A stretch of 64,000 nt of DNA. Source: Candidatus Methylomirabilota bacterium (GTDB lineage: Bacteria; Methylomirabilota; Methylomirabilia; Rokubacteriales; CSP1-6). The stretch lies in assembly GCA_046727415.1 (NCBI GenBank), contig JBKPCO010000020.1, forward strand, positions 659-64,658. The letters are read 5' to 3'. The translations under genes were made by a program, and so were the position numbers. Below the pieces are notes generated by a model, which searched no databases, was not told the origin of the DNA, and worked only from the letters and a program-made list of their open reading frames with translations. Of the stretch, positions 62,867 through 64,000 are shown piece after piece; positions within the stretch are counted from its first letter, which is position 1, and every line of letters begins with the position of its first letter.

Positions 62867-64000
62867 GCCGCCGGCCAGCACGGCGGGCGGCGCGCTGGGC
62901 CGCTCTCGTCGCGCTCTGCGCCGCGTGCGCCGGGCCGACCGCCAATGCGCCCGACACCGCGAGCGTCCCGGCGTGGACGTCGCGCGCCACACCCGAGGCG
63001 CGGGGCGAGTTCCAGGTGCAGCCCGACGGCAAGCGCATGGCGGTCCGGTATCGCGGCTGGTCGACGCGCGATTTCAACTTCCGGACCTACGCCTACGACG
63101 ACAAGCGCCCTGAGCCGGCCGTGCAGACCGTGACGATGCCGGCCGGCGTGACGGGCAACCCGCGGCTGGGCCACGCGCTGTTTCTCAGCCGCGCCAAGGG
63201 GCCGTGCACCGGTTGCCATCTGATTCCGGGCGACGACGTGTGGCCCGCCGGCAACGTCGGTCCAGACCAGTCCACCATCGGTGACCGGAAGCTGACCGAT
63301 CAGTACCTCTATCAGGTCATCTGGGATCCGCGGGTGTTCTTCCCCAACACGTCCATGCCGCCGTGGGGCACGGTCGGCGTCCTGAGCCCCGAAGAGGTCG
63401 TGCACCTCGTGGCCTATCTGCAGACGCTCAAGGGCCCGGTGCCGCCGGAGAAGGATCCCGATCGCAGTCCGTTCACACGGCGCAAGCCGGCGGGATTCGG
63501 TGACAACCTCGATCCGACGAACAACCCCGCGATGCTCCTGGCGGACAGCGCAGAGGCCCTGTGGACCGCCAAGGGGCCGGCCGGCAAGGCGTGCGCTGAT
63601 TGCCACGAGGGCGGAGCGGCGAGCGCCATGAAGGGCGTCGCGACGCGTTATCCGAAGTTCGTCAAGGCGTACCGGCGAGTCATGAGCATCGAGGATTTCC
63701 TGACGGTCCACGGGCCCGAGACCACCGGCCGCCCGCTCCTGGCCGAGTCCAACGACAACCTCAATCTGAGCATGCTCATCCGGCGCGCCTCGAACGGGAT
63801 GCCGATGAGCGTCGACACCGAGAGCCCCGAGGCGCGCGCGGCGATCGCGCGCGGCAAGGCCACGTTTGGCAGGCGCGTGGGCGAGCGCAATCACGCGTGT
63901 GCCGACTGCCACACGGTGGAGCGCGGCGCCAACAAGTTCCTGGGCGGGCGGCTGCTGGCGGACGTCACCACGGGCCTGACCCGGCACTTTCCCCTCTGGC
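62863..64000 (+). CDS. soxA: SoxX-SoxA fusion cytochrome c (partial, continues beyond window)
   Basis: Not in the ORF track because there is no stop in the window. GTG overlaps the soxZ TGA. My translation has lipoprotein-like LVALCAACAG, a SoxX part GPCTGCHLIPG...GNVGPDQS...PNTSMPPWG...VAYLQTLKG, then a SoxA part with ACADCHEGG and ACADCHT...TRHFPLW. Confidence 0.8.
   Translation, partial: MSRRPARRAARWAALVALCAACAGPTANAPDTASVPAWTSRATPEARGEFQVQPDGKRMAVRYRGWSTRDFNFRTYAYDDKRPEPAVQTVTMPAGVTGNPRLGHALFLSRAKGPCTGCHLIPGDDVWPAGNVGPDQSTIGDRKLTDQYLYQVIWDPRVFFPNTSMPPWGTVGVLSPEEVVHLVAYLQTLKGPVPPEKDPDRSPFTRRKPAGFGDNLDPTNNPAMLLADSAEALWTAKGPAGKACADCHEGGAASAMKGVATRYPKFVKAYRRVMSIEDFLTVHGPETTGRPLLAESNDNLNLSMLIRRASNGMPMSVDTESPEARAAIARGKATFGRRVGERNHACADCHTVERGANKFLGGRLLADVTTGLTRHFPLW

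Noticed and set aside
62677-63987. 436-aa minus-strand ORF
   Set aside because: Antisense to the SoxX-SoxA fusion frame, which carries three CxxCH motifs and Sox-specific signatures.
1-64000. CRISPR arrays, tRNA/rRNA genes, IS elements, integrases, prophage or toxin-antitoxin pairs
   Set aside because: Scanning by eye found no regularly spaced repeats, no tRNA-like cloverleaf segments in the few intergenic regions, and no transposase-, integrase- or phage-like ORFs. The 24.7-25.3 kb island was checked for tRNA-like T-arm sequence and none was convincing.

Overview
High-GC (about two-thirds G+C by eye) chromosomal window from a diderm bacterium. It is densely coding, with about 60 genes, many joined by 1-8 nt start/stop overlaps. 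I found no rRNA, tRNA, CRISPR array, transposase or integrase, and no recognisable transcription factor. Blocks: (1) 1-3.7 kb holds a non-canonical cbb3 oxidase operon: ccoN, a ccoO fused to a dihaem cytochrome c, ccoS-like, a split FixP_N-like anchor and tiny TM ORFs. (2) 3.9-16.9 kb is a regulator-less island of aromatic/alicyclic-type catabolic enzymes, with two decayed gene fragments. (3) 17.1-21.8 kb is a form I aerobic CO dehydrogenase, coxMSL, with the AYRCSFR signature verified in the DNA, followed by an XdhC-type maturation factor fused to a YHS metal-binding domain. (4) 21.9-30.4 kb is mixed: MBL hydrolase, CMD, HIBADH, a 0.5 kb lower-GC noncoding island with a TPP-enzyme remnant, M48 protease, malate synthase, BT1/MFS and MOSC. 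(5) 30.5-48.0 kb is a divergent hopanoid supercluster. The minus strand carries shc-mlaE-mlaF-mlaD-hpnM-(TPP decarboxylase), then ino1-hpnN. The plus strand carries CruF-like DUF422, hpnH, an orphan ORF, hpnG, hpnA, hpnD, two Zn-ADHs and ispH. (6) 48-52 kb holds Uma2 nuclease, thrC and an EF-G2-type paralogue. (7) 52.1-64 kb is a sulfur-oxidation island: persulfide dioxygenase-rhodanese, YeeE, fccBA, TauE/SafE, a signal-less Mo enzyme with fused FeS-NrfD partner (SoeABC-like), soxYZ, and a soxX-soxA fusion that runs off the window and is missing from the ORF track. The most unusual observations are the Mla transporter coupled to shc, the TPP-decarboxylase/ino1/hpnN trio, the SoeBC fusion, the XdhC-YHS fusion, and a 52-nt 51/52-identical repeat present once inside a coding region and once intergenically. 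All family assignments come from motif recognition by eye and need database confirmation.
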